Positions 46,185 to 58,311 of a DNA stretch of 64,000 nucleotides are shown here, piece after piece. Source of the stretch: Methanotrichaceae archaeon (GTDB lineage: Archaea > Halobacteriota > Methanosarcinia > Methanotrichales > Methanotrichaceae); NCBI GenBank assembly GCA_963813075.1, contig CAWEXU010000007.1, forward strand, positions 46,683-110,682. The letters run 5' to 3'. The notes under the pieces are model-generated. The model saw only the letters and a list, made by a program, of their open reading frames with translations. It was not told where the DNA came from and searched no databases. A program made the position numbers and the translations under genes. Numbering within the stretch: the first letter of the stretch is position 1; every line of letters begins with the position of its first letter.

Positions 46185-47942
46185 TTATGGTTTTGCTCCA
46201 GCATATCTTCTGACATTGAGGCTCACCATATCAAAGGGAATGGTGTGCCTGTCCTGTCTGATATGAGTCTGAAGCATCTGGTATTCCCTGCTATAGGATG
46301 AAGCAATCTCTTTGGCGTAGCCTATTCCCTCTGCGGTGAGCATGTACTCATACCTCTGCAGCCACTGGCCATCCATCTCATAATGCCTCTGGTCCTGATA
46401 GATCATGCCATTGGCTACCAGGATCTGGATATCCTCAAAAAGCCTCTCGCTATAAGGAAAGCCGTATTCGGAATGAAAGGAGTAGTCGAATAGGCCGGAG
46501 AGGCCGGCAGAACCCTGATCTCTGAGCCTGGCCACCGTCCGGTAGAGCCAGGTTATGTTTCTGATCCGGGGCACCAGGATCTTCTCGCCGTATCTCTCGG
46601 AGAGCATATTGTGCAGGGTATAAAAGAGCAGCAGCAGTCCATCGATGGGAAGATAGCTCTCAGAGCGGATAAAGGTCAGAAGCTTCGACGCCTGCTCTTT
46701 CACCACCTCGAGGGATATGTTTGGCTGATCATCAGAGAAGAAGGATATGGCGATTTGGCGGGTTAGCGACTTGACCAGTCCCGCCGCCAGTGCGGATTCA
46801 TCATAAAGAAAGCCGCCTGTCTGGGTCCTCATAGAGCGGGGCACTCCGCTGCCAGAGGTGATGCTCACAAAAGCCCCATACTTTTTAGAAAGAGTATCCT
46901 CGAAGAGCTTTCTCATCCTCCCGTGGCGGGATATGGTGGATAGAGCCATCCTGATATCCGGAGCTAGAGAGCGATGGTCGAACCTGGCAGCCAGCGGATA
47001 CTCCCTGCCAAATTTTATCCTCTGCAGTAGATCGCGGGAGACATCATCCCCCTTCTCCCAGATGAACCGCAACAGGTCTGGATCGGTGTACTCCTGGAAG
47101 AACAGCATTATCCTCTTCTGGGCGTCTTCCTGATCCATTCTGGCCAGAGCGTTCTCCAGAGCGGTGAGGAGCATAGCCCTTATCGACTGGACAGAAGGGT
47201 GATAGATCAGAGCATTGTAGTGATGGGCTCTGGCGACTAGCATCGATTCTGCCGCCGTCTGGGACATCTCCGCCTGGTAGTCTCCCCGGCCGGCCAGAGT
47301 TATTCTCCCATTGCATATGATGAGGGACTCTAGGATCTGGTCCGTATCCACCAGGCCCAGGGATACGCCGGAGTGGTGGGAGTCTCTGAGCAGAAAATCC
47401 ACTCTGTCCGCATCCAGGTCGCCCACTATGATCTGGCCCAGTGGGGGCAGCTTTCCCTGAGCGATGTCTGCAATCTCGGCAAATAGCCTGTCCGCATCGC
47501 CAAAATCCCTTTCTGCTATCCTTATGGCCTCTTCGCCGAAAGGATGGCAGGAGATTATTTCTCTGGTGAACTCCTCGTGCCTGGAGGCCCTTTTGCCTTT
47601 TAGCTGAGGCTGGACCTCGGGGTTGCGTCCCAGGACCCCCTCCACGGCATGAGAGAGGGCGGAATGGCCCAGGTCGTGGAGCAGTCCCGCCAGGCGGACC
47701 TTGCGGACGTCATCTGCAGATAGGTCCAGGTGCTCGGCCATTCTGCCGGCCATATGCATGGTTCCCAGGGAATGCTCAAATCTGGTGTGGTTCGCCCCGG
47801 GATAGACCGCTTCCACCAGGCCCAGCTGCTTTATCCCTTTAAGCCTTTGCACCGGCCGGGATCGGATGACCTGCCACTCCAGCTCATCTGTCTGGATTGT
47901 GCCATGTACTGGATCGCGAATGGCACCTCTTGCGATCTTCAC
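46185..47942 (-). CDS. HD-domain phosphohydrolase (dNTPase-like) with C-terminal extension
   Basis: RDPVHG, QRL..IKQLG, HTRFEHSLG, LLHDLGH and DADRVDFLLRDS motifs. Confidence 0.85.
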   Translation of the reverse strand: MKIARGAIRDPVHGTIQTDELEWQVIRSRPVQRLKGIKQLGLVEAVYPGANHTRFEHSLGTMHMAGRMAEHLDLSADDVRKVRLAGLLHDLGHSALSHAVEGVLGRNPEVQPQLKGKRASRHEEFTREIISCHPFGEEAIRIAERDFGDADRLFAEIADIAQGKLPPLGQIIVGDLDADRVDFLLRDSHHSGVSLGLVDTDQILESLIICNGRITLAGRGDYQAEMSQTAAESMLVARAHHYNALIYHPSVQSIRAMLLTALENALARMDQEDAQKRIMLFFQEYTDPDLLRFIWEKGDDVSRDLLQRIKFGREYPLAARFDHRSLAPDIRMALSTISRHGRMRKLFEDTLSKKYGAFVSITSGSGVPRSMRTQTGGFLYDESALAAGLVKSLTRQIAISFFSDDQPNISLEVVKEQASKLLTFIRSESYLPIDGLLLLFYTLHNMLSERYGEKILVPRIRNITWLYRTVARLRDQGSAGLSGLFDYSFHSEYGFPYSERLFEDIQILVANGMIYQDQRHYEMDGQWLQRYEYMLTAEGIGYAKEIASSYSREYQMLQTHIRQDRHTIPFDMVSLNVRRYAGAKP

Positions 47943-48018
47943 AGAACCGCCTGATCCATAAACGCTCTCCGCAAGGCATTATGCATTCTCATTTTATGCA
48001 TTTTCATTTTATGCATTC

Positions 48019-48420
48019 TCATTTCTGGGCTAACTGAAGTATGGCTGCTGCCAAATCACCCCCGGCCTCCAGAAGGGCGGCTTTAGCCTCCTCCGGCTTG
48101 GCCCCGGTCTGGGCAACCACCAAATCCACATCGGATTGGGGAATCTCTATAATTTTCTCCTCTTCTGCTGCCGTTCCGGACGGAAGGCGCTCGGTGGCGT
48201 CGCCTGAGATCTGAAAGCTGCGCTGGCCGTGGGCATCCATTATCGCGACAGAAGCGTTTTGTATCACGATCTCCTTGTCGGGCATGCGGATGATGACCTC
48301 GATGACACCTTCAAGCTCATCGATGTCTATTCCCATGTTCTTGAGCATACCCTTCATCTTCTTGGGGTTCATGCCACCCCTTCCTCCTAAACCACCTAAA
48401 CCAGGAAACATGTTAATCAC
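48019..48420 (-). CDS. nac: Nascent polypeptide-associated complex protein
   Basis: MNPKKM..M...MGI, EVII motif, and UBA-like DV.LV..QTG.....A..AL....GDLA.AI. Confidence 0.92.
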   Translation of the reverse strand: MINMFPGLGGLGGRGGMNPKKMKGMLKNMGIDIDELEGVIEVIIRMPDKEIVIQNASVAIMDAHGQRSFQISGDATERLPSGTAAEEEKIIEIPQSDVDLVVAQTGAKPEEAKAALLEAGGDLAAAILQLAQK

Positions 48421-48578
48421 TCCAATCCAAGGAGTCGATTATCGTAGGTAAAGATATCTGTCACTATTGTGGGCAAAAGGCGATGGAGCGATATACCTAT
48501 CTCTTGGGGTTAGCTGCAGCCGAATCCAGCACCATCTTTATAAAGACCTGAAATAAAATAGCGGATCGGGGTATTAGC

Positions 48579-49188
48579 TTGAAAAAGATGATCTCATTAA
48601 TTCTGGCTCTATGTTTTGTATCCTTGATTGGGACGACATTATCTCAAAATGATAGCAGCGACTGGCGCAACCATGGCCGTCCTGAAGCAGGATAGCGGCA
48701 CAAATCTCTCTTTAATGAATATGACTCTGTACAGCGCCGCCATGGATATGGACGCATTTTCTGTGGGCGAGGCGGTTAAGTTTAAGGCCCCTTATCCCGG
48801 CTGGAAATTAAAGCAGGTAAGAATTGCAGGCTGGAACGGCTTCGATGGGAACACGACATCAATTCCTGATTCAGATAATTTCCTGATCGAGGTGAGGGAT
48901 GCAGAGAAAAATCTCCTCTACAGGATGGCGGATTCCCAGAATGCTTACTTCACTTTCCCGGCCATAATTCTCCGGGGAATAGACATGCCCTCAATTCCAG
49001 TGACTGATGAATTCTATTTGATCTTTTATGATCGGGGCTCGATGTTCATAGGAATGGAGCTGGAAAATGCCACAGGCAACTCTTATTTCTATGACAGTCT
49101 GTATTCTGAACTGCTCCCAGTTGAATTCACAGACGCGAACAACGTTACAACCAAGGTCAACTGGGTCATCAGAGCGGTAGGAGAGTAA
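48579..49188 (+). CDS. Hypothetical secreted protein (5' frameshift)
   Basis: LKQDSG, EAVKFKAP..GWKL, FYDRG and VNW.I.AVG shared with the next gene. Confidence 0.7.
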
Positions 49189-49317
49189 AAGGATTTTTCT
49201 AATTGCGGCCTGGCAGGCAAGCCAGACTGCATTCAACCTTTATTGGAAAAAAACTATTCTCATGCATCAGAATCTTTATATGGGCTCGGTTTATCTCCGA
49301 TATATTGAGGTGATCAT

Positions 49318-49928
49318 TTGAACAAGATGATATTTTTGATATCCGGACTGTTCTGCATGGCATTATGTTTTGGAGCCATGGCTGCAGACACGCCATCCGG
49401 ATCAGATCTGACCATTCTCAAGCAGGATAGCGGAAAGAACATCTCTGAGATGAACCTGAGCTTTCTATCGATAATCGATGAGTTTGGGGCTGATGGTCTT
49501 GGATATGGCAGAGGCCGTCAAGTTCAAGGCTCCCAAGTCCGGCTGGAAGCTATATGGGGTGCAGATACTGGGGTGGAGCGGCTATAATAATACCACGCAA
49601 AGCTACCCAATGGACAGGAACTTCCTCCTTGAGATCAGGGATAATGACCTGCGTCTCCTCTATAGATTTGCAGATGCCCAGAACGGCTACTTCCTCTCAG
49701 ATCAGGGCCCATTCTACGGAGTGATAGAGATTCCACCTCTGGCGGTCACCGAGGAATTCTATGTGGTCTTCTATGACCGTGGAGGCATGATCGTAGCTAT
49801 GGAAGATGGAAAACGGAACTGGCAACTCATTCCTCTACGGCAATGGGAACCTTGAGCCAGCGCAACTGACAACGGCGACCAATGAGACCATTGGCGTTAA
49901 CTGGATAATTGAGGCTGTGGGCAAGTAA
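49318..49928 (+). CDS. Hypothetical secreted protein, paralog of the preceding gene (two frameshifts)
   Basis: Same motifs split across ORFs 49318..49587 and 49478..49855, ending TAA at 49926-49928. Confidence 0.7.
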
Positions 49929-50061
49929 GCTTGAGGATGCATATCGACCGGAAAGCAGGTCTTGAAAATATGCTATCTGGATCGATTCCCGCGGGCCTGT
50001 TCCCGCGGGTAGATTCTCACGGCGAAAACCAGTTATAGCTGCACATCCCAAACCCTGGACG

Positions 50062-50724
50062 ATGTTTGAGTCCAAAGTGGCCTGCATATGCGGCCTTCCC
50101 GGCATTGGAAGCGTGGGCAAGATGGCTGCCGACTATATCAGCACTGCACTGGGATGCAGCAGCGTTAAACCCTTTTTTTCCAATAGCTTCCCGCCCCAGG
50201 TTATGATCTGTGACGGCCGGACAGAGCTCATGCATGCAGAGCTACTGCGGTGTCGGGACAAGGAGAAGATATTCGTGCTCTCCGGGGACGCCCAGCCTCT
50301 GGATGTGTTGGGAATGCACCAGCTGGCAGGAGATATCCTCCAGGCAATAGAATCGGAAGGCGTAACCGATGTAATAACCCTGGCCGCCTTTGTGGGAGAG
50401 ACGACGGAGAGCATAGTTGGTGCAGCCACAGACCCCGAATCAGCAGCAGAGCTTGAGGATTGTGGAATAACCCTGCTCAGGAGCGGGGCCATCGGCGGCA
50501 TGAACGGCCTATTGGCAGGACTTGCGCCCCTCTATAATATGAGAGGTTACTGCCTGCTGGGAACGAGCACCGGAGCCGATATGGTGGATATCCCGGCGGC
50601 AATGAACCTTCTATATGCCATAAGGGATCTATTCAAGCTCGAGCTGGATTTCTCCCTGATGGAGTCGATCCTCAATGAGCCGGATGAGACCGTTCCTGAA
50701 GAAGTGGACATGAATTATTGTTAA
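50062..50724 (+). CDS. PAC2-family proteasome assembly chaperone-like protein
   Basis: GLPGIGSVGK, FPPQV, GDAQP, IGGMNGLL and D..AA motifs. Confidence 0.85.
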   Translation: MFESKVACICGLPGIGSVGKMAADYISTALGCSSVKPFFSNSFPPQVMICDGRTELMHAELLRCRDKEKIFVLSGDAQPLDVLGMHQLAGDILQAIESEGVTDVITLAAFVGETTESIVGAATDPESAAELEDCGITLLRSGAIGGMNGLLAGLAPLYNMRGYCLLGTSTGADMVDIPAAMNLLYAIRDLFKLELDFSLMESILNEPDETVPEEVDMNYC

Positions 50725-51588
50725 ACTGGCCTGGCAACCAGCGATCCCTTTGGAACGGCCAATTTTGCTGCTACAGGCTCGCATTTGGCCCGCAGGATAT
50801 AGATCAGCCTGCCCTTCAGTCTCTGATCGAACTCTGACATGGTCTCGAAGTTGCCCATGCCTTTGGACAATATCAGCCATTCCGGATCGAACAGGAGGAT
50901 AGAGGCCTCCGGGCTCAGGTGTTCTAAGGCCGTTCCCACCACATTGCCGGTAGGTATTACATCCACCTCGGAGAAGCTCTTCAATTCATCGGCCGTAACA
51001 TCATTGAGGATGGGCTCGGACTTCGATCCCACCACCACGGTCTTGCCCATCTCTTTCAGCTTCTCGATCACGAACAGATCGAATATGACCTCGCCGCGAG
51101 TTGTCTGTCAGATAAAGGATCCTGTCAAACGACTCCAGGCGCTTTTTCAGTTCATCCATATCCGCCTGCAGGCTCTCACGAAGGGTATCGGCAAAGACCC
51201 TGCCGAATGTCAGGTTATCAAAATCGTGGCCTTTGACCCCAAACTCCATGCTGTTCGCTGCGGAAGCGATTCTGATCAGAGCCTCGATCTTGTCCGGGGA
51301 TTGCTCATAAAACTCCATTGCCCGAGGTAGGAGATCCCTGGCCACCTGGTTGCTCTCCTCCTTGAGCTCTCGATATGGATCTGAGCTTCCGCTTCTCCTT
51401 TTGATGATCAGCTCCCTTTCTGTGCCCATCAGGGCCGGCACTCCACCTTTATTGCAGGCCATGAAGTCCAAGAGCTCCTCTATTGCCGCTTTCTTATCCT
51501 CTTCCCGGGAGAAGACCAGATCGCACTCGAACTTCGCCCGGTCCAGAAGGCAGGGATAGCAGTTGGAGGCTACCCTCAATACGGCCAC
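50721..51588 (-). CDS. DUF89/ARMT1-like damage-control phosphatase (frameshifted)
   Basis: C.PC, DPY...K, AN..EFG, TDN.GE, ILNDVT, KGMGNFE and AKC motifs. Confidence 0.85.
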
Positions 51589-52433
51589 CTTCCTGACAGC
51601 ACCCGGATGACATCGGGAATCACCCTCTCCCCCACGTGCACACAGGACCCGCCGCTCAGGACAAAGACCAGACCCTTATCCCCGACTGCATCACGAATGA
51701 TCTGAGTCATCCGGGGATAGGCCTCAAATGTGAGGTTGAATCCACCATAGTCGTCCTGATGAGAGTCATGGCCGAAGATGACAAAGGCTATCTGGAAGTC
51801 AAAGTCTTTGGCCAGCTCCAGGCCGCTTTTGAGGGCGGAGAGGAATCGCTCATTGTCTCCTCCAAAGGTGAGTCCGATATCGTAGTTGTTCCTCAGAGGA
51901 TCGTGCTCTTCCCCTGTGCCGCTGTGCATATTGATGTGAAACACGTTTGCGTCGTCTTTGAAGAAGTCGCGTGTGCCATCGCCGAAATGGGGGTCTACAT
52001 CCACGATGAGAAAGCGCTCAAAGCCCATCTGCCTCAGGCGCAGGATGGTGATGGCCACATCGTTGAAGTAGCAGAAGCCCCAGCAGCTCCCCCTTGAGGC
52101 ATGGTGACCGGCGGTTCCCGTAAAGGCGAAGGCGGACTCAGCCTGGCCGGTGGCCACCATCTCTGCGGCCATCATCACGCTGCCCGCAGAGAGAATGGCC
52201 ACATCCCGGTACTGATCCGTATCCATGTTGGCCATATGCGTCTCGGTATGAGCCTCTCTTACCAGCTCTATTGGAGCGGGCCTGGCCCGAAATACCTGTA
52301 CCTCTTTGCCATCGACCAGTCCGGACTCCATCAGCTTCTCGAAGGATGGCTGAACTCTCTCCTTCAGGACGCTGAATCCGTGCTTGCCGAAGTCCTCATG
52401 ATAAGTAATTGCGACCTTCATTGGCGACTCCAA
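51576..52433 (-). CDS. Histone deacetylase-family protein
   Basis: AGHHA, GFCYFND and DVDPHFGDGT motifs. Confidence 0.9.
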   Translation of the reverse strand: MESPMKVAITYHEDFGKHGFSVLKERVQPSFEKLMESGLVDGKEVQVFRARPAPIELVREAHTETHMANMDTDQYRDVAILSAGSVMMAAEMVATGQAESAFAFTGTAGHHASRGSCWGFCYFNDVAITILRLRQMGFERFLIVDVDPHFGDGTRDFFKDDANVFHINMHSGTGEEHDPLRNNYDIGLTFGGDNERFLSALKSGLELAKDFDFQIAFVIFGHDSHQDDYGGFNLTFEAYPRMTQIIRDAVGDKGLVFVLSGGSCVHVGERVIPDVIRVLSGRWPY

Positions 52434-52448
52434 ATTTATCTTTAAAGC

Positions 52449-53958
52449 TCAGTTATGCGGGGGTACCTCTCCAAGCAGCATGCCTTCTACCACTATTGGC
52501 ATAGCCCTCTTGGCATCCTTCACTGCGCTATCCAGCTCCCAGTCTGAAGAGGAGCAGATGGTGATCAGAGGCTCGCCTTTCTTCACCCTCTCCCCCATCT
52601 TCTTGTGGATTATGACTCCTGCTTTCTGGTCAGCTGGGGCACCAGCCATGCGAGCCAGTTCGACCAGCCGTTTATTGTAAAAGGCCACCACGTAGCCACC
52701 AGCCGGAGCCAAAATCTCCTCGCAGTTCTCGCCGATGATTATATCCTCGCTCTTCACATTGGGGTTGCCTCCCTGGGCCTCGATGATCTGCATGAGTTTT
52801 GCATGAGCCTTTCCGCTGGTGAGGATCTCTTCTGAAGCGGCGTAGCCTTCTCCCCGTCCTACCACTCCCCCCATCTCCAGCAGTATGCCGGCTAATGAGA
52901 GGCTCTTCTCCCTCAGGCTGTTTGGCCCGGGCTTATTCTCCAGTAGGGTAAGCGCCTCGCGCACCTCCAGGGCCGGTCCTATGGTCCTTCCCACGGGCGA
53001 GCCTCCAAAGGTCATGGCACATTCCACTCGAATTCCCAGCTTTTCACCCAGGTCGATGAGGTCCTTGGCCAGTTTTCGACCTTCTTCTGGCGTGGCCAGC
53101 TTGGTGCCCGGTCCCACAGGCATGTCCACCACCACGGCGTCAGCGCCGACAGCTCCTTTCTTGGCCATGATGGAGGCGAGCATCTGGCTGTAGGGATCAA
53201 TGGATAATGCATACTCCGCTTTGATCAGCTTATCATCTGCCGGGAGCAATATTGGTGGCTCCGCCCCAGACGATGACTCCGCCCACCTTCTCTGTGATCT
53301 CCTTGATCTCACCGGCGCTGAACTCCACCGGAGCCAGGATCTCCATCAGGTCAGCTGTGCCGCCTGCTCCGGTTATAGCCCGGGAGCTGGTCTTGGGGAT
53401 GAGAAGGCCGGCAGCTGCCACTATGGGGACGATGAGAAGAGACACCTTATTTCCGGGAACGCCGCCGATGCTGTGTTTGTCCATTACCGGATGGGTGTCG
53501 AAGTGGATCCTCTCGCCGGTCTCAATCATCGCTTTGGTCAGCCAGACAACCTCTTCGGAGGACATGTTATGGATGTAGGAAGCGGTAACATAAGCCGCAA
53601 GCTCAATGTCGCTGAGGTTGTTGTCCACGATGTCCTGCACAATGGTCCTGATCTGATCCTCGCTGAGCCTCTGGTTATCCATCAGACTCTTTATATGGCA
53701 GATTGATGCCGGTTTAGGAGCAGGCAGGATATCCACATCCACCGGATTATTAAGGTCCTTGAGGGCCTCGGTGAAGATGCCGATCTCTCCGGGCTTGACC
53801 ATCTCCATGGTGGTGTCAAGCAGGGCAGTGGTGACCGCTCCCTTGGTCCTCACCTTGACCCGGTCTCCAGGATTCAGGCCCCTCTCCCGGGCATCGACGA
53901 CATTAAGCATGACTTTGTGCTGACCTATCTCTATATCAAAGGGTCGAACTTGCAGCAT
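52449..53958 (-). CDS. AMP phosphorylase (frameshift near 53240)
   Basis: DKHSIGGVPGNK, PKTSSRAIT..GGTAD, ASIMAKK and IGPALE motifs. Confidence 0.92.
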
Positions 53959-53973
53959 TTTTATAACCTCTCA

Positions 53974-54901
53974 TTAAGCAGAATTTTCCAGCAGCGTAAG
54001 CGATCTTATCCATTCTCCCCGTGCCTCGCGGGTGGTTCCCACCACCAGACGGAGGCCATTGGCCGTCTCTTCCAGGACTCCCTTCGCTTCAATCCGCTCT
54101 CCGGGAAGGGCCTGGCCGGCATAGGTGTGGGTGAAGCAGAGGATCTCCTTTACTTCTGGATGATCCAGCCGGAAGATGGCCGGGCTGTCGAAGGCAAACT
54201 CGCAGTCAGTGACACCAGCCTCTATCCGCATTTGGCCAACTGGCCTGCCCTCATCCAGCGGCTGGATCTGGTCCCAGTCACGGGTGAATAGCAGGTCGAA
54301 GTAGGTGCCAAAGATCATGCCCCGGTTTCCCTTTCTCTTTTCATGGAGCATGAACTCCTCCAGGCTGATCTCGGGATTTCTCTTGGAGTATATCTTCTTC
54401 CAGGTATCTTCATCCAGATCCTGGATGGTGCCCTCCCTTTTCGCACGCTCCACTATATCTCTGGCCCTCCACCACATGGGACCATAGACCACAAAATCGA
54501 TATCAGAGGTTGGAGCCTCCAATCCTATGAGCCTGGAGCCGGTGATCCCCATCTTCTCCCAGGGCACTTTACTCTGATTCAGGATGCGGGCGAGCTTCTC
54601 CGTCTTTGGGTCCCTTTCTGCCACCGCTCTTAAGCCCTGGGATGGGTCGTAGAGCCTGAGGACATCGGATTTTGGGACCACATGCAGGTCGCGAACATAA
54701 TCCGGCCTGTTCTCGCCGCAAAAACTCGAATGCCTGGTCAAAGTCCATCTTGCGATAGCTTATGCCCCGAGCTTTTCGCTCTCCCGTCGGGTCGGGGACA
54801 TATCTGAGCAGGGAGCGAAGGCCATGGGAATGGTTGTAGTCTGAGACGGCAAAGATCCAGCCCTCAGGGGTTTCAAAAAAGTCTCTGATCCGGGCCTTCA
54901 C
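53974..54901 (-). CDS. Archaeal nucleotidyltransferase-domain protein (frameshifted)
   Basis: RIRDF, LRYVP, GITGS.LIGL....SDIDFVVYG and FTHTYAGQA motifs. Confidence 0.78.
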
Positions 54902-55470
54902 CTTATCGCCTTCCTCACTCTGTCCAGGCCTGCGCCCGGCCGGATGATCTCTCTTTTCTCCAGGTCCAGGAGAGTGGAGGGCTGGCAGTACATGCACTTG
55001 CCCCCATCCACCACCAGGTCCACCCGGTCCTCAATTTCCTTTGAGACCTCCTTGGCGGTCACCGGCGCTGGCTGGCCGGTGCGATTGGCGCTGGTTGAAG
55101 TTATCGGCCCGGCTTTATCGATTATTCTGAGGGCGGACTCGTGGTCCGGAAATCTGATACTCACCAGCGGCGAGCCGGCGGTGAGAATATCCGGAACCAC
55201 GCTCTTTTTCCGGACCAGGATGGATACCGGTCCTGGGAGGAGCGCCTCTAAAATCTCTAGGTCCTCATCGCGGATCTCGGCCACGTTTCTGAGCATATCC
55301 AGGTTTGAGACTGCCAGAGAGATGGGTTTGGAAAGAGGCCTTTTCTTGATCAGAAAGATCCTCATCACCGCCTGCTCATCCAGAGCATTGGCCCCCAGGC
55401 CGTAAACGGTCTCGGTGGGGTAGACTATCGCTCCCCCTCCAATGATAAATCGAGCTGCACTGGCGATCAT
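54898..55470 (-). CDS. L-threonylcarbamoyladenylate synthase (TsaC/Sua5 domain)
   Basis: YPTETVYGLG, KKRP..KP, LPGP, TSTSAN and PST motifs. Confidence 0.92.
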   Translation of the reverse strand: MIASAARFIIGGGAIVYPTETVYGLGANALDEQAVMRIFLIKKRPLSKPISLAVSNLDMLRNVAEIRDEDLEILEALLPGPVSILVRKKSVVPDILTAGSPLVSIRFPDHESALRIIDKAGPITSTSANRTGQPAPVTAKEVSKEIEDRVDLVVDGGKCMYCQPSTLLDLEKREIIRPGAGLDRVRKAIR

Positions 55471-55473
55471 GTC

Positions 55474-55962
55474 TTATTTCCGTTTGATGTTGGCTATGTC
55501 CCCCAAAGTAAGCCCCCTACCGGAGCCGCCGGACTTGACCTGAGCCTCGCTGGCCTGATCGGTAAGCTTGATCTTCAGCTCCCTTTCAAGCTTCTTTCTG
55601 ACATCATCCTCAGGTGAAATGTCCTCTCTCTCGATCTTCTTCAGGAGCGTGGCCTTCTCTTTAATCCTTGCTCCCAACTCCTCTGGCGACAGTCCCAGGC
55701 CCTCCCGCGCCTCTCTGATCTTGCGCCCGAAATCCGGGACTAACTCCACCAAATCCTTGAATTGGTCGCGCGGTTTGGGCCGCGTTACTGTAAAGGCCCT
55801 CTCCACAGGAACCATCTTCCGCGGGACAGGTGACCATTTGTCCTCTGGTTTTCCGAAGCGCGCACAGCTCTTGCATACTTCCATAGTTGATCGTTCAATC
55901 ACTATTTTTTGGGGTAAACCTGAGATTTCGGCGCCGCAAATCTCACATTGTTTATCGGTCAT
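55474..55962 (-). CDS. mbf1: Archaeal multiprotein bridging factor aMBF1
   Basis: CEICG...VCKSC Zn ribbon, HTH, and C-terminal TLGD. Confidence 0.92.
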   Translation of the reverse strand: MTDKQCEICGAEISGLPQKIVIERSTMEVCKSCARFGKPEDKWSPVPRKMVPVERAFTVTRPKPRDQFKDLVELVPDFGRKIREAREGLGLSPEELGARIKEKATLLKKIEREDISPEDDVRKKLERELKIKLTDQASEAQVKSGGSGRGLTLGDIANIKRK

Positions 55963-56025
55963 TTCGGAAACCTTTATACGGGTCAAAGTTTAATAACCTT
56001 TGTAATTATGGATAGTGGAGAAGGC

Positions 56026-57243
56026 ATGAATGAGTCACAGGCCGGCGCGGATTTCTCGCGCTACATCCTGGACCGGATGCGCCAGCTGGAAGAGCGTAAC
56101 CTGGCGCTGCGTGAGCAGAAGGACCGCGTAGAAGGCGAGAAGAGGCTCATAGAGAACCAGAAGCTCAAGTTCGAGCGTGAGGCCCGGAAGCTCAGGAGCG
56201 AGCTGGAGCGCCTGCGCGTCGGTCCGATGATCGTGGGAACCATAGTCGATGTTCTGGATGAGAACCGGGTGATTGTCAAGAGCAGCACCGGCCCCAGATT
56301 CGTTGTGAGTCTATCACAATTCATTGAGGAAGAGATTAAGGTCGGCGCTCAGGTGGGCCTGAATCAGCAGTCATTTGCGGTGATGTGCGTTTTGCCCTCT
56401 CCCCGCGACCCGGCGGTCTTCGGCATGGAGATCGAGGAGGCTCCGGATGTGAAGTTCTCTCAGATCGGAGGCCTTGACACCCAGATATCCGAGATAAGGG
56501 AGATTGTGGAGCTGCCCTTAAAGCGGCCGGACCTGTTCACCTCGGTTGGAATCGAGCCGCCCAAGGGCGTGCTACTCCACGGGCCTCCGGGCACGGGCAA
56601 GACCATCCTGGCCAAGGCAGTTGCCCAGAGCACAGAGGCCACATTCATGCGGGTGGTAGGCTCAGAGTTCGTGCAAAAGTACATCGGCGAAGGGGCGCGC
56701 CTGGTCCGCGAGCTGTTCGAGCTGGCCAAGAGCAAATCCCCGGCGATCATATTCATCGATGAGCTGGATGCCATCGGCGCCCGCCGCATGGATGGAGCAA
56801 CCAGCGGAGATCGCGAGGTTCAGAGGACTTTAATGCAGATCCTGGCGGAGATGGATGGGTTTGATGCCAGAGGCGAGGTCAAGCTGATCGCCGCCACCAA
56901 CCGTCTGGATATGCTCGACCCCGCTCTCCTCCGGCCGGGCCGATTCGATAGGGTGATTGAGATCCCCCTGCCCAGTAAGGAGGCGAGGGAGTCCATTCTC
57001 AAGATCCACACCAAGGGCATGAACCTGGACCGTGATGTGAACCTGAGGCTGATAGCCGAGCTATCCGAGGGCTCAAGCGGAGCTGACCTGAAGGCGCTCT
57101 CCACAGAAGCAGGCATGTATGCCATTCGGGAGGAGAGGACCACCGTCTACCAGAGCGACTTCGAGAGGGCAGCAGCCAAGATCCTGCTCAAAGATAGGAA
57201 CCATATGGCTGAGCCTGAGGGGCTCATTCAGCAGTACATCTGA
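56026..57243 (+). CDS. pan: Proteasome-activating nucleotidase
   Basis: Coiled coil, OB domain, [25 protein letters not shown], and C-terminal QYI (HbYX-like). Confidence 0.95.
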   Translation: MNESQAGADFSRYILDRMRQLEERNLALREQKDRVEGEKRLIENQKLKFEREARKLRSELERLRVGPMIVGTIVDVLDENRVIVKSSTGPRFVVSLSQFIEEEIKVGAQVGLNQQSFAVMCVLPSPRDPAVFGMEIEEAPDVKFSQIGGLDTQISEIREIVELPLKRPDLFTSVGIEPPKGVLLHGPPGTGKTILAKAVAQSTEATFMRVVGSEFVQKYIGEGARLVRELFELAKSKSPAIIFIDELDAIGARRMDGATSGDREVQRTLMQILAEMDGFDARGEVKLIAATNRLDMLDPALLRPGRFDRVIEIPLPSKEARESILKIHTKGMNLDRDVNLRLIAELSEGSSGADLKALSTEAGMYAIREERTTVYQSDFERAAAKILLKDRNHMAEPEGLIQQYI

Positions 57244-57297
57244 AGTCTCGATAGATACGAGTGCAATTGGATCCGCAGAAATGAAATCCCCAAGATT

Positions 57298-57775
57298 GTG
57301 ATCAGATCAGGCGACCAGTTCATAGCCGGCCGCTCCGGCGGGGTGGTCGGGGCGATCATTTCCTGGCGCGGCGGCTTTGCAGGCGTGGCTCCGGCCCATA
57401 TTTTTCTTCAGGCGGGAACGCGAGAGCTGAGAGTGGGAGGCATCTCTTGCCGGGTATCCTATATTCCGGATGACGCCGATCTGGCCTTTTTTCCCATTCC
57501 CGCACCCTGCCAGATTAACGGCTCTGGGCAAACCCCATCCGGGAGAGGCAGAGCTGGTGAACGCCCGCCATTCCATCGCCTGCCGGGTATCCGATTCCTC
57601 CTGGTCGATCGTCTATGTGATTCTGCCCCCTGGAGACCTGCCCGGACCCGGGGATAGCGGCTCAGCCCTGGTGCAGGATGAGAGGGTTGTGGGGCTGCTG
57701 CTCTCCATAAACATGCACACCTGCCGGGGGACGGCGGTATCGGCGGAGATGATAGAGAGGGAGATCGAGAAATAA
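57298..57775 (+). CDS. Small trypsin-like (PA clan) serine protease homolog, frameshifted
   Basis: APAHIF (His), DADLAFF (Asp) and PGDSGSALV (Ser) in order across ORFs 57298..57657 and 57470..57775. Confidence 0.6.
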
Positions 57776-57819
57776 TATTGGTTCTTAGCAGTTTTCTATG
57801 CCACTATTTCTCTCCCGTT

Positions 57820-57888
57820 TTTGTGCCTCTGTCTCTCTGGTGAAATCGGGATGCTTAGGCCTCACCACAAAGGAACAAAGGCACAAAG
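57820..57888. repeat. Palindromic REP-like element
   Basis: TTTGTGCCTCTGTCTCTCTGGTGA ... TCACCACAAAGGAACAAAGGCACAAAG. Confidence 0.75.
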
Positions 57889-58311
57889 AAAAATTCTCTG
57901 CCGTACATTACCAACACAATTTAGCGAGGAGCCACCAAAAAGTAGCTTGCACATGATAAATTGCCTTTATCAATTTCTGCGGCTCTACATGAATAACTCG
58001 GAATAGTGTAGATTATCGTACACTATATCGGAAAGAACACCGTCAACGGATTTAAACATTGAGAAATAGACTGAAGATTCGATTTGGTAACCAGGCCCCC
58101 GTCCAGCAGGCCATTCGAGCCAGAGGACCTGGAGAATTGACTGAAGGTCCGATTTCGGCACCAGGGAGGTGTCCGACCTGCGAGGTGCGCGAAAGATCAG
58201 AGCATATCGAAAATGCCTCATTGACGAGGGAAATTATTCAGATCCTAGCATAAGTCCAGGAGGTTCTCGAAAATCGGCTTTTTTTCGACAGTAAGAACCC
58301 TAAAGGACTCC

